The notes under the pieces are model-generated. The model was not told the origin of the DNA and made no database searches. It saw nothing but the letters and a program-made list of their open reading frames with translations. From Methylophaga frappieri (GTDB lineage: Bacteria > Pseudomonadota > Gammaproteobacteria > Nitrosococcales > Methylophagaceae): a stretch of DNA of 32,000 nt. Of this stretch, positions 1 through 8,884 are shown piece by piece. Position numbers and translations under genes: made by a program. Location of the stretch: the NCBI RefSeq assembly GCF_000260965.1, contig NC_017856.1:1980001-2012000 (forward strand). Reading direction: 5' to 3'. The stretch's first letter is position 1. Each line of letters opens with the position of its first letter.

Positions 1-184
1 GCGTCAACGTCCGTTCAATCGCCGCCTCACAACCACAGGCAATGACTGACGTTGCAAACCCCGTAAAGGCCACAGCAGAATTCATGGCCCATTCGGTATT
101 TTGGGCCGTAATGATGATTCGGGTGCCTTTCATCGGAAAAGCTTCGGCAAACGTTTTATCAATCGCAACACCGTTAATAATCAC
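1..184 (-). CDS. fhcD: Formylmethanofuran--tetrahydromethanopterin formyltransferase (Fhc complex subunit D / Ftr), N-terminal fragment running off the left edge
   Basis: My reverse-strand translation from the GTG at 184 gives VIINGVAIDKTFAEAFPMKGTRIIITAQNTEWAMNSAVAFTGFATSVIACGCEAAIERTL. This matches the remembered Ftr N-terminus pattern (INGVEIEDTFAEAF ... TGF.TSVI.C..EA.I). The GTG overlaps the fhcA stop as GTGA. The ORF is absent from the track because it is open-ended. Confidence 0.8.
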   Translation of the reverse strand, partial: MIINGVAIDKTFAEAFPMKGTRIIITAQNTEWAMNSAVAFTGFATSVIACGCEAAIERTLT

Positions 185-1848
185 AACCGGCCTCCTTCAT
201 GCAACGGCTGAATGGTGAGCGAGCCACGGCCATCATCGACCATTTCATCATTACTGATTTTGAAATTATCGAGCTTCATGGTGTGGTATCGATCAAAGTA
301 TTTTTTCAATGATTTTTCGACACTTGCGTCATATTCAGGCTTAACCACATGGGTTGTACCCCAGACAATTTTCTGAATTTCGCCCTGGCGAACGACCATT
401 TGACCATCTTTGAAAACATAGTCTGGTTTGGAAAACATTTTTTCCCGATCCGGCTGATCTTGATAAATCGTAATATCTGCTGCCGCCCCCACTCCCAAAT
501 GACCGCGATCAGCTAAGCCCACTAACTTCGCAGCACCTGCCCGGGTCATAATCGCGATTTCATATAATGAATACTCACGTTCTATGGTAGCCAGATTCGT
601 TGCTTTTTGTGCTTCGGGGTGCAGTGTTGACAAAATATCATTACGAAAAGTCTTATCCATCAACAACCTAATCAAGTGTGGATAACTGGTAAATGGCGCA
701 CCATTAGGGTGATCGGTTGTCAGAAATACGCGCCAAGGGTCATCGATTAACAAAAAGGTTTCCAGACCAATCATCCACTGCAAAGCATTCACGTAGCTCT
801 GGTCTTTATATTTAAACGGGACGACGCCACAGCCCGCATCACACTCAATATCCATCGCCACCCACTTGTTAGGATGGGCATGAGCATGTGCATCAAACTG
901 GCGCATATTGTCACCAGATGCGGTCACTGTTTGACCAAAAAGAATCTGGCCGACATCAACCGTGATGTTTTTATGCTTATTGATGGCTTCCGCGATTTCT
1001 GCCGCCCCAGAGGAAAACTTAAAATCCCCTTCTGTGCCGTAACTATGAAACTGAATATGCGTAAGGTGCATAGGCAAGCCTTCAGCACCTTGAATCGTAT
1101 CGAGTGTTGTTTCCATATTTCCTGGTACACCCAGGTTACAGCCGTGCACATGCAATGGGTGCGGTACACCTAGCTCTTTAACAGCCGTCGATAAACGATG
1201 CAAAATATCGCGTGGAGTGACGCCATAAAAGACATTTTTCTCATCTAAATCGAGTTTACGTTGATTAAATTTAAATGCATTAATCCCGCCAGGATTAACA
1301 ACTTTTAAACCCACCGCCTGTGCATGAGTAATGGTCCAGGCGACATAATTATTGATAGCCTCTTGATCCGCTTTGGCCGCCATCATTCGCAACAGAAAGT
1401 CATCACTGCCCAGCATCACATAACCGCCTTTATCCAGAATCGGCGTATCGTGCATTTCCATATGCGCCTGACGGGCATTGATTGGCAGCACCGCGGGCTC
1501 AAACCCGGCGGTATAGCCCATCTCTGCGTAACGATATCCGGTGGTTAACGTGCTTGGCGCCGCATGTCCACAGCCACTGCGTAAAAGTTCTGTTCTGGCA
1601 AATACCTCTTCTGCATGATCTTCCGGCAACATGGTCCGGGCAATATTGACCTTACCGCCACCGATATGGGTATGCATATCAATGGCACCGGACATAATGA
1701 CTTTATCGCGAACATCAATTTCCTGATCGACACGCCCATCTGCCGGTTTTTCAACGATTCGTCCGTCCCGAATGTAAATATCTCGAACGACGTTTTCCTC
1801 ATTATGTGCCGGGTCGTAAACCCGACCTCCAGTAAGTTTGATTAACAT
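181..1848 (-). CDS. fhcA: Formyltransferase/hydrolase complex subunit A (formylmethanofuran dehydrogenase subunit A homologue, amidohydrolase fold)
   Basis: 555-aa ORF with the amidohydrolase metal motif DMHTHIGGG near the N-terminus. Its length and overall pattern resemble FwdA/FhcA. It sits between fhcB-like and ftr-like genes with a 2-nt gap on one side and a 4-nt overlap on the other. Confidence 0.85.
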   Translation of the reverse strand: MLIKLTGGRVYDPAHNEENVVRDIYIRDGRIVEKPADGRVDQEIDVRDKVIMSGAIDMHTHIGGGKVNIARTMLPEDHAEEVFARTELLRSGCGHAAPSTLTTGYRYAEMGYTAGFEPAVLPINARQAHMEMHDTPILDKGGYVMLGSDDFLLRMMAAKADQEAINNYVAWTITHAQAVGLKVVNPGGINAFKFNQRKLDLDEKNVFYGVTPRDILHRLSTAVKELGVPHPLHVHGCNLGVPGNMETTLDTIQGAEGLPMHLTHIQFHSYGTEGDFKFSSGAAEIAEAINKHKNITVDVGQILFGQTVTASGDNMRQFDAHAHAHPNKWVAMDIECDAGCGVVPFKYKDQSYVNALQWMIGLETFLLIDDPWRVFLTTDHPNGAPFTSYPHLIRLLMDKTFRNDILSTLHPEAQKATNLATIEREYSLYEIAIMTRAGAAKLVGLADRGHLGVGAAADITIYQDQPDREKMFSKPDYVFKDGQMVVRQGEIQKIVWGTTHVVKPEYDASVEKSLKKYFDRYHTMKLDNFKISNDEMVDDGRGSLTIQPLHEGGRL

Positions 1849-1850
1849 GC

Positions 1851-3131
1851 TTACTCCTGCATTGCCTGTTCGACAGCTTTGAGAACCTCAGAAACACTAG
1901 GTAGATCACTCTGGCGTAATTTTCTCAGTGGCATCGACACCACACTATCACAACGAAAAATACGTCCTTCATGATCGATACCGGGCACGCCCACCGGAAT
2001 AAAGACCTCAGGCATCTTGTTAAATTGCATACCGCTGCGACCGATAACGACATCTGGTAATACGGTCGACGGTGGCAAGCCTTCAGTATTAAAAGCGTTG
2101 ATCCACATAAAAAAATCGACTTCGTTATTAATCACCATCCGCTGGGTATCAAACAAAAATGGATCATACTCAGGATAACCACGCTGAAATGACGTCCGCA
2201 TTGGATAACCGGTTTGCCATGACGCAACCGCATTAACCGTGGTATCGCCTTCCTTGCCACCTAATGGCAGGCCACTACTTCGCGTCTCTTTATTTAACTC
2301 TTTGATTGCCTCACATAGCGTCTGAATACTGGTTTCAGCATGATCAAAGTTCAACAAACTGCCAGACCACGTAAAGACAGAGTAACTGGCTTGTTTGAGC
2401 TCATCGGTTAGCTGCTGCAAGTCACTGACAGAAATTCCCCCAACCGACGTTGCCTGTACTGGTCGGTTATTAATTAATGCCCGTAAAACCGACAACACCT
2501 CTGGCAAATCATGATCATCACAGGTCATGACCTGCGCTTTTTGTCCTGACGGCGAAGTTGATGCCTCACCAGAAGGCGCTTTACCGAGATAGATAATCCG
2601 ACGTTGATTGATATCCACATCAAACATCGACTCTTCTGGCCAAACAATACGCTCATAAAATCGCGGAAAGGCTGTTTCAATATCGCCACCCACCACCACA
2701 ATCACATCTGCCCGATTTCGAACTTCTGTCAGCGTCGTGGTCATGTAACCTGTATCTTGCAATACCAGAATATTTCGAAATGCCGCGGTAGAGAACTGAC
2801 TATCAACCACCGCACCACTTCTGTCTGCAAGAGATAAAGCCGCGCGAGCACCATTCAAATCCGTCCCCAAACCGCCGATAACGGGTTGATTTGCTGCTCG
2901 CAACTGTTTGGCAATGTAGGAAACCGCTTTTTCCAGCGTCGTTTCCTGACCATGAAGCATTGGTTTCATCTCCGCCAACGGCGTCTCAAAACCAGGCCTG
3001 GTGACGGCATCGGCATTTTCTTCTACCGTGACCGACAGATCCTGTACCCGAACCGTCAGATCATCTGAGGCGATCCCGCAAAAAGGACTGGCAATCTCCT
3101 GCCAGTGTTTTCCTGCGTCCGTATCAGTCAT
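1851..3131 (-). CDS. fhcB: Formyltransferase/hydrolase complex subunit B (formylmethanofuran dehydrogenase subunit B homologue)
   Basis: 426-aa ORF immediately upstream of fhcA. The size and position fit the FwdB/FhcB family. The assignment is partly contextual. Confidence 0.7.
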   Translation of the reverse strand: MTDTDAGKHWQEIASPFCGIASDDLTVRVQDLSVTVEENADAVTRPGFETPLAEMKPMLHGQETTLEKAVSYIAKQLRAANQPVIGGLGTDLNGARAALSLADRSGAVVDSQFSTAAFRNILVLQDTGYMTTTLTEVRNRADVIVVVGGDIETAFPRFYERIVWPEESMFDVDINQRRIIYLGKAPSGEASTSPSGQKAQVMTCDDHDLPEVLSVLRALINNRPVQATSVGGISVSDLQQLTDELKQASYSVFTWSGSLLNFDHAETSIQTLCEAIKELNKETRSSGLPLGGKEGDTTVNAVASWQTGYPMRTSFQRGYPEYDPFLFDTQRMVINNEVDFFMWINAFNTEGLPPSTVLPDVVIGRSGMQFNKMPEVFIPVGVPGIDHEGRIFRCDSVVSMPLRKLRQSDLPSVSEVLKAVEQAMQE

Positions 3132-3192
3132 AATTAATGTCCCCGGTATTCTCTAAATTAACTTTGACAGACTGGTGTTGCGATGCCATGAA

Positions 3193-3786
3193 TTAACCGT
3201 GACGCGCCCGCAACAACAAAGAATCGATATTATTATTTCGTAACTGTTTTTGGACTTCATCAGCCCGATCGCGGCCGTTGATTGGGCCGACCTGAACACG
3301 ATGCCAAGTATCCTTATCATCAATCGTCACGGTCTGCACTCTGGACTCAATCCCTAAAAAAGCCAGTTTCGCTTTAAAGCCATCTGCATCAGACAGTTTT
3401 TTAAAAGAGCCAACTTGAATCATATAACTTTCAGAGGCCGGCACAGGTTGGGAAGATGATTCTGCCTCGACAGCCGTTTCCGTTACCGATGCTTCAGACT
3501 GTGGTGGCATGGTCACAATAGCCTGCTGAGGTTGCTGAGGTCGGGTCACAACCTCTTCGGATTCTGGTAACAAGGTATAAAAATCAAATGTCGGCTCGAT
3601 CCCACCCGACGAATTTGTTTCAGCCTGATTTTCCGAAGCAACTGTCTCTGTCGGCGCATTATCTTTGATATGCAGTAAAAACATGACAAAGGCACCCACC
3701 GTAAAACTGAGAAGCATTGGTCCCCAGGGCACACTACCGCGTTGTTGGTGTCGAGAATTTCTTTTAGCTGCCAACTCAAACCTCAC
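3193..3786 (-). CDS. SPOR-domain membrane protein (septal peptidoglycan-binding, FtsN/DedD-like)
   Basis: The protein has a basic N-terminus, one TM helix ([17 protein letters not shown]), a Pro/Gln/Ser-rich linker and a C-terminal SPOR-like block ([27 protein letters not shown]...WHRVQVGP). Its start overlaps the argS stop by 4 nt. Confidence 0.8.
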   Translation of the reverse strand: MRFELAAKRNSRHQQRGSVPWGPMLLSFTVGAFVMFLLHIKDNAPTETVASENQAETNSSGGIEPTFDFYTLLPESEEVVTRPQQPQQAIVTMPPQSEASVTETAVEAESSSQPVPASESYMIQVGSFKKLSDADGFKAKLAFLGIESRVQTVTIDDKDTWHRVQVGPINGRDRADEVQKQLRNNNIDSLLLRARHG

Positions 3787-5555
3787 ATACTTTGTGGGGC
3801 AGATACCCCAAACAATCCTAACCCATTCGCAATAACCTGTCGCACTGCAGCCACCAAAGATAATCTGGCTTGCGTCAACGCATAATCATCATTAATGAAT
3901 TGATGCGCGTTGTAATAAGTATGAAAATCTCTGGCAAGATCTAAGAGATAATGCGCCAGAACATGTGGTGTGTGATTGATAGCTGCCAGTTCCAGCATTT
4001 CCGGATAACGAGACAACATGGTCAACAGTGTCTGTTCATTTTCCGTGGTTAATAAATCGAGAGCATCACACCCTGCCGTTTGATCCCAAGCCAATTGTTT
4101 TTCCGCGAGTTGACGGAAAACACTGCACACCCGGGCATGTGCGTATTGTAGGTAATAAACCGGATTATCATTACTTTGTGACTTTGCCAGTTCCAGATCA
4201 AAATCCATATGTTGATCAGCACTGCGCATCACGTAAAAGAAACGAGCAGCATCATTACCCACCTCTTCGCGTAATTCTCGCAACGTGACAAACTCACCAC
4301 TTCGTGTCGACATGCCGACTTTCTCTTCGCCGCGGTAAAGCACGGCGAACTGAACCAACAAGACGTTTAAAGCTGACACGTCTTGACCCAGCGCTTCAAC
4401 AGCTGCTTTCACCCGAGCAATATAGCCATGATGATCGGCACCCCAGATATCAATAATGCGATCAAAACCACGTTGATACTTATGGAGATGATAGGCCATA
4501 TCCGAAGCAAAATAGGTCGCCTGACCATTATCCCGGATGACGACTCGATCTTTTTCATCACCGAAATCCGTTGATTTGAACCACCAGGCGCCCTCTTGTT
4601 GATAAAGTAAGCCTTTTGCTTTCAAGGTATTGATGGTCTCTTCGACCAATCCATCCTCCACCAGTGATCGCTCTGAAAACCACGTATCGTAAGTCGCGCC
4701 AAACGCCGCCAAGTCATCACGAATGTCAGCAAGAATCGCCTCTAAGCCACAGTCAAATACGATGCGATATTGCTCGCCCAGCAACCGTTTTGCTTGATTA
4801 ACAAGTCCGTCTATATGGGCTTCTTTATCTCCCCCCACCGGTTCATCATCCGGCACATCAGCAAAAACCACCTGTGCAGCCTGTTTCAATGACTCACCCT
4901 GCTGCTGTTGCAAGGTTTTTGCAATATCTACGATATAATCGCCGCGATAACCATTACTCGGGAACACAAACGCTTCGCCAAGCAAAGCGAGATAACGTAA
5001 CCAAACACTGGTAGCCAGAATATCCATCTGTCGACCGGCATCATTGACATAATATTCGCGGTGCACCTCAAATCCAGCGGCTGCTAACAAACTGGCGACA
5101 ACACTACCGTAAGCGGCGCCACGGCCATGACCAACATGCAATGGCCCGGTTGGATTAGCTGAAACAAACTCGACCTGTACCCGCTTTCCAGCACCAATCT
5201 GACTTTGTCCAAAATTTTCCGTTTCTTTGAGAATATCTTTGACGATCTGGTAGCGGGCGGTGTCGGTCAAAAACAAATTGATAAAACCGGGACCGGCTAT
5301 TTCCGTTTTCGCCAAAATGGCTGAGGACGGTAAGGCGGCCATGATTTTTTCGGCTAATTGCCTGGGGTTCATTTTGGCCTGTTTAGCCAAAACCATAGCA
5401 ACATTACTGGCAAAGTCGCCGTGCGCGCTATCTTTACTGCGTTCTACCTGAACTTTCTTTGTGCTCTCTTCAGGCAGTAACATTTCTGCTTGTAATGACG
5501 CGACGGCTTGCTGGATTAATTCGATGAGTTGGGCTTTCAACGGCTTGAATTCCAC
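3783..5555 (-). CDS. argS: Arginine--tRNA ligase
   Basis: 590 aa with a class I HIGH-type motif ([13 protein letters not shown]) and a KMSKS-equivalent motif (GMSTRSG). The start is a GTG at 5555 and no clear SD is visible. Confidence 0.9.
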   Translation of the reverse strand: MEFKPLKAQLIELIQQAVASLQAEMLLPEESTKKVQVERSKDSAHGDFASNVAMVLAKQAKMNPRQLAEKIMAALPSSAILAKTEIAGPGFINLFLTDTARYQIVKDILKETENFGQSQIGAGKRVQVEFVSANPTGPLHVGHGRGAAYGSVVASLLAAAGFEVHREYYVNDAGRQMDILATSVWLRYLALLGEAFVFPSNGYRGDYIVDIAKTLQQQQGESLKQAAQVVFADVPDDEPVGGDKEAHIDGLVNQAKRLLGEQYRIVFDCGLEAILADIRDDLAAFGATYDTWFSERSLVEDGLVEETINTLKAKGLLYQQEGAWWFKSTDFGDEKDRVVIRDNGQATYFASDMAYHLHKYQRGFDRIIDIWGADHHGYIARVKAAVEALGQDVSALNVLLVQFAVLYRGEEKVGMSTRSGEFVTLRELREEVGNDAARFFYVMRSADQHMDFDLELAKSQSNDNPVYYLQYAHARVCSVFRQLAEKQLAWDQTAGCDALDLLTTENEQTLLTMLSRYPEMLELAAINHTPHVLAHYLLDLARDFHTYYNAHQFINDDYALTQARLSLVAAVRQVIANGLGLFGVSAPQSM

Positions 5556-5630
5556 ATTTATCTGGTTTTAAAACCGGCATTCTAACTGATCCAGACCGGC
5601 TTCACATCTCTCAAACCCTGAGTCTTTGGC

Positions 5631-7802
5631 TTACAACAAATCGATTGGATCGACATCAACAGACCACCGTACCTTTCGCGATAACGTGTGTTCACTAATA
5701 CGCAAAATGGCGTGCTCAATGGCCTGATGTAAAACTTTTCTGGAATGACTACTGAAAATTAACTGCGCACGATAGCGGCCCGCGCGTTTTTCCATGATTG
5801 CCGGTACCGGCCCCATCACTTGAACATCCTCCGCATACTTCGCCTCAGCGGCCCAACCCAGTAATTGCAAAGCCAATTCTGATTGCACCGATTCTGCTCT
5901 GAAAATACTCCAAAAACAACTTGGTGGAAGCGCCATTTCAATCCGTTCTTGCAACAAGGATTGAGCAAGTTCTGCATAAGGTAAGCGCAGCAGATCAGAC
6001 CAAACCGGGTGTCCTGGTTGACTGGTTTGGATGATGACTTTCCCTGCCTTTTGGCCACGCCCAGCTCGGCCCATGACCTGAACAACCGACTGACATAAAT
6101 ATTCCATCGCCCGAAAATCAGCACTAAATAATCCCTGATCAGCATCAACGATGCCAACCAGCGTGATTTGATGAAAATCATGACCTTTGGCCAGCATCTG
6201 TGTCCCGACTAACACTGCGGACTGTCCGGTACGAATCGGTTCCAGTTTTTGCTGAAAAGCTTGGCTACCACGTGTGGTATCCCGATCAACCCTTATCACC
6301 GTCGTTTGGGGAAAGAGTTCTTGAATCGTGGATTCGATTTTTTCTGTTCCAGTGCCGTAGGTTTTTAATTCATCGGATTCACAAGCAGGGCATGTTTTGG
6401 GTAAACGCTGAATTCGGCCACAATGGTGGCAATAGAGCTGTTGTCGCTGCTGATGTACGACCATTTTGGCATCACAGTCAGGACAGTATGCTTGCCACTG
6501 ACAGTTATGACACATTAAAACGGGAGCATAACCACGACGATTAATGAAAATAAGCGCCTGTTGTTTTTGGGATAAGGTTTCTTTCAGCGCATTGACTAAA
6601 GTTGGAGTCAATGGTGAAGCAGTTGGCATGTTGCTATCAGCCAGAATCACCTCCGGTAGGATCGCTTGACCAGCCCGTTTATTCAGTTTCAGATGGCGAT
6701 ATTTGTTTTGTTTAACTTGATAAAGGCTTTCCAGAGAAGGCGTGGCACTGCCCATCACGATAGGGATATCCAGATCTCTTGCCCTGACTAACAGAATATT
6801 TCTAGCGTGATAACGCAAACCATCTTGTTGTTTGTAAGCGCCATCATGTTCTTCATCAATAATAATTAATCCCGGCTTATGTAGCGGCATAAAAGCCGCA
6901 GATCGCGTGCCGATAATGACATCTGCCTGACCTGATTTTGCCAGACACCAGCTTTGATGACGCTGCCGATCAGTCATCCCGGAATGACTGACAACAATAT
7001 GTCCAGCCAAACAGGTTGTAAACCGGTCGACCAGTTGACTACTCAGCCCGATTTCTGGAATCAGAATTAATACCTGATGCCCTTTTGCTAATTGTGATGC
7101 GGCGAGGTGAAGATAAATTTCTGTTTTGCCACTACCCGTAATGCCATCAATTAACCACGGCTGAAATGATGGTTCTTTTTCTGTAATGGCGGAATACACG
7201 GCCTGTTGTTGCTGATTCAGTGTATTGAGTTCGGTGCTGGGTGCTGAGCTGAAAGGCATCAGAGCTGAAGTGGTCGAAGTGATCCACTTTTTCTCAGCCA
7301 TTCGCTTCAGGCTCGGCTGGATACTTCCCAATTGGTGTCTTAGTTCTCTCTCACTTAACCCGCCTGGGTTACGCTGTAATAGAGTAAGTGCTTGCTTTTG
7401 TTTAATACCTTTTATATCACTAATTTCATCTATAGATTTGGTCAATTTCCAAATCGTTTCCTGCGTTGCCAAAATAGTGTCGCCAAGACGCACTTTTTTC
7501 GGTAAGGCGGCAAAAAAACATTCGCCAATAGGATGATGATAGTACTGACTGATCCAGAGAATCAGTTGAAACAGCTGGCTATCAAAAATGGGCTGTTTGT
7601 CACAACGATCCAGTATTTTTTTCAGTGGCCGCGTCTTTTCCTGGTCTGATTTGACATGAACGACAATACCAATACGTTGTTTTTTGCCAAATGGCACAAC
7701 CACCCGACACCCGGGTTGCCAAGTTTGCACATTTCCCGGGGCTTCATAATCGAAACATTGTCTCAATGGTGAATTTACGGCAACTTCCAGAATGCAGCTC
7801 AT
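5631..7802 (-). CDS. priA: Primosomal replication restart helicase PriA
   Basis: 723 aa with Walker A (GITGSGKTE), a DEEH box (IIIDEEHD) and the Cys-rich zinc module (CHNCQWQAYCPDCDAKMVVH...YCHHCG...CPACES). Confidence 0.92.
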   Translation of the reverse strand: MSCILEVAVNSPLRQCFDYEAPGNVQTWQPGCRVVVPFGKKQRIGIVVHVKSDQEKTRPLKKILDRCDKQPIFDSQLFQLILWISQYYHHPIGECFFAALPKKVRLGDTILATQETIWKLTKSIDEISDIKGIKQKQALTLLQRNPGGLSERELRHQLGSIQPSLKRMAEKKWITSTTSALMPFSSAPSTELNTLNQQQQAVYSAITEKEPSFQPWLIDGITGSGKTEIYLHLAASQLAKGHQVLILIPEIGLSSQLVDRFTTCLAGHIVVSHSGMTDRQRHQSWCLAKSGQADVIIGTRSAAFMPLHKPGLIIIDEEHDGAYKQQDGLRYHARNILLVRARDLDIPIVMGSATPSLESLYQVKQNKYRHLKLNKRAGQAILPEVILADSNMPTASPLTPTLVNALKETLSQKQQALIFINRRGYAPVLMCHNCQWQAYCPDCDAKMVVHQQRQQLYCHHCGRIQRLPKTCPACESDELKTYGTGTEKIESTIQELFPQTTVIRVDRDTTRGSQAFQQKLEPIRTGQSAVLVGTQMLAKGHDFHQITLVGIVDADQGLFSADFRAMEYLCQSVVQVMGRAGRGQKAGKVIIQTSQPGHPVWSDLLRLPYAELAQSLLQERIEMALPPSCFWSIFRAESVQSELALQLLGWAAEAKYAEDVQVMGPVPAIMEKRAGRYRAQLIFSSHSRKVLHQAIEHAILRISEHTLSRKVRWSVDVDPIDLL

Positions 7803-7935
7803 ACAATAATAAATTTTAGAAAAAAGATCTTTTTTGTGATGTTAGTGTTTTATGGCTGTGATTATCTGGATTATTTAAAAATTAGTAGCAGAATTAAAAT
7901 GTTAATCAAGAATAACTTTGTGAATAACTGCTAAG
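7803..7935. other. AT-rich intergenic tract containing the 16-bp palindrome AAAAAAGATCTTTTTT (7820-7835)
   Basis: My hand count gives about 31 G+C in 133 nt, roughly three-quarters A+T, against a visibly mid-GC window. The palindrome centres on a GATC. GATCTTTTTTGTG resembles the E. coli oriC 13-mer pattern GATCTnTTnTTTT. Confidence 0.85.
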
Positions 7936-7952
7936 TTGCGCCTGAAATAGGT

Positions 7953-7995
7953 TGTGGATAAGTCTACTGGTTATCCACAGGTTAAGTTATCCACA
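7953..7995. promoter_or_regulatory. Cluster of three perfect consensus DnaA boxes (TTATCCACA)
   Basis: TGTGGATAA lies at 7953-7961 in reverse orientation. TTATCCACA lies at 7971-7979 and again at 7987-7995. The last two sit inside a repeated 12-mer, GTTATCCACAGG. The cluster is about 150 bp from the priA start and about 155 bp from the folA start. Confidence 0.85.
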
Positions 7996-8149
7996 GGATA
8001 TGCGTTGAGCTGTCCTTGGGGTTTTACCCAGAGTTATTCGCTTGTCGAGACACCGCTAAAACGGTTTGATTTCGTTGGACTGGCAGGTAATGACGTTCCG
8101 GTTTCCGATGTGATCACGTATGCTTGGCAACAAAGTTGAGAGGTTGATA

Positions 8150-8650
8150 ATGTTGTCAATTATTGTGGCGATGGATGAGTCCGGTCTGATTGGCCGGGAT
8201 AATGATTTACCCTGGCACTTGTCAGCGGATTTACAGTTTTTTAGAAAAACCACGATGGGTAAGCCATTGATAATGGGCCGTCATACTCATGAATCTATTG
8301 GTCGTGCCCTGCCGGGTCGGCGCAATATCGTGATAAGTCATCAATCAGATTATCAGCCGGCAACGGGCTGTGAATTAGCAACATCCGTTGATGCCGCTTT
8401 AGCGATGTGTGAGGGGGGGGAAGAAATCATGCTGATGGGTGGTGCGTCATTGTATGCGCAATGTTTATCGCTAGCCGACAAGCTTTATTTGACGCGAGTA
8501 AAAGCGACATTAGAGGGAGATACCTGGTTTCCAGCGATTAACTGGGAAAACTGGCAACGCCAGTCACAACAGTGCCACCCGGCAGATGAACGGAATGCCT
8601 ATCCGTATTGTTTTGAAGTGTATCAACGGGTTAATTCGGCGCAGCAATAA
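8150..8650 (+). CDS. folA: Dihydrofolate reductase
   Basis: MLSIIVAMDESGLIGRDNDLPWHLSADLQFFRKTTMGKPLIMGRHTHESIGRALPGRRNIV is a typical FolA N-terminus. I prefer the ATG at 8150, which has a GAGAGG SD at 8138-8143, over the track start at 8120. Confidence 0.9.
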   Translation: MLSIIVAMDESGLIGRDNDLPWHLSADLQFFRKTTMGKPLIMGRHTHESIGRALPGRRNIVISHQSDYQPATGCELATSVDAALAMCEGGEEIMLMGGASLYAQCLSLADKLYLTRVKATLEGDTWFPAINWENWQRQSQQCHPADERNAYPYCFEVYQRVNSAQQ

Positions 8651-8864
8651 TCCCCTGAATATGGCTCAAATGCTCTGCTGCTTCAAAACCGAGATCAGTC
8701 AGGTAACCGCCATCTTCTGCCGTGATTAAACCGGCTTGGTGTAGTTTACGCGCGGCGGTGATAAGGCCGGGCCGTGCATCGTGATGAATTTTTATGCCTT
8801 GGCGCAGTGAGTCGTTGCCAAATAACAGTAATACTTCAAGTTGATCAATATCAGGATGAGACAT
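8631..8864 (-). CDS. Hypothetical 77-aa protein, possibly a small helical or winged-helix-like domain
   Basis: A strong AAGGAG SD lies 5 nt upstream of the ATG. The gene starts 20 bp downstream of the sensor gene's stop, on the same strand. I do not recognise a family with confidence. Confidence 0.6.
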   Translation of the reverse strand: MSHPDIDQLEVLLLFGNDSLRQGIKIHHDARPGLITAARKLHQAGLITAEDGGYLTDLGFEAAEHLSHIQGIIAAPN

Positions 8865-8884
8865 GGTTCGCTCCTTTGCGATAG

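Noticed and set aside
874-1845. Several 74-99-aa ORFs antisense to, or in alternate frames within, fhcA (874-1173, 924-1169, 1324-1548, 1545-1802, 1615-1845)
   Set aside because: They are fully embedded in a well-supported 555-aa gene. They have no SD or domain-like sequence, and their composition is typical of off-frame translation.
5816-6544. 121-aa alternate-frame ORF and 114-aa antisense ORF inside priA
   Set aside because: Both are embedded in the PriA helicase and zinc-finger region, whose own frame shows all the canonical motifs. I treat them as off-frame artefacts.
7803-7997. Calling this locus the chromosomal origin (oriC)
   Set aside because: Not called. Only three boxes, one 13-mer-like element and a single GATC lie in the AT-rich tract. 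No dnaA, gidA, mioC or rpmH gene is nearby. The large his-tat string to the right would be transcribed head-on to a fork from here. I kept it as one hypothesis in a finding, but the sequence alone does not support it.
7954-8139. 61-aa plus-strand ORF (MDKSTGYPQVKLSTGY...) in the priA-folA spacer
   Set aside because: Its first 15 codons are simply the translated DnaA-box repeats. It starts at a non-ATG codon inside a box with no SD, and the sequence looks non-protein-like. I treat it as an artefact of the regulatory repeats.
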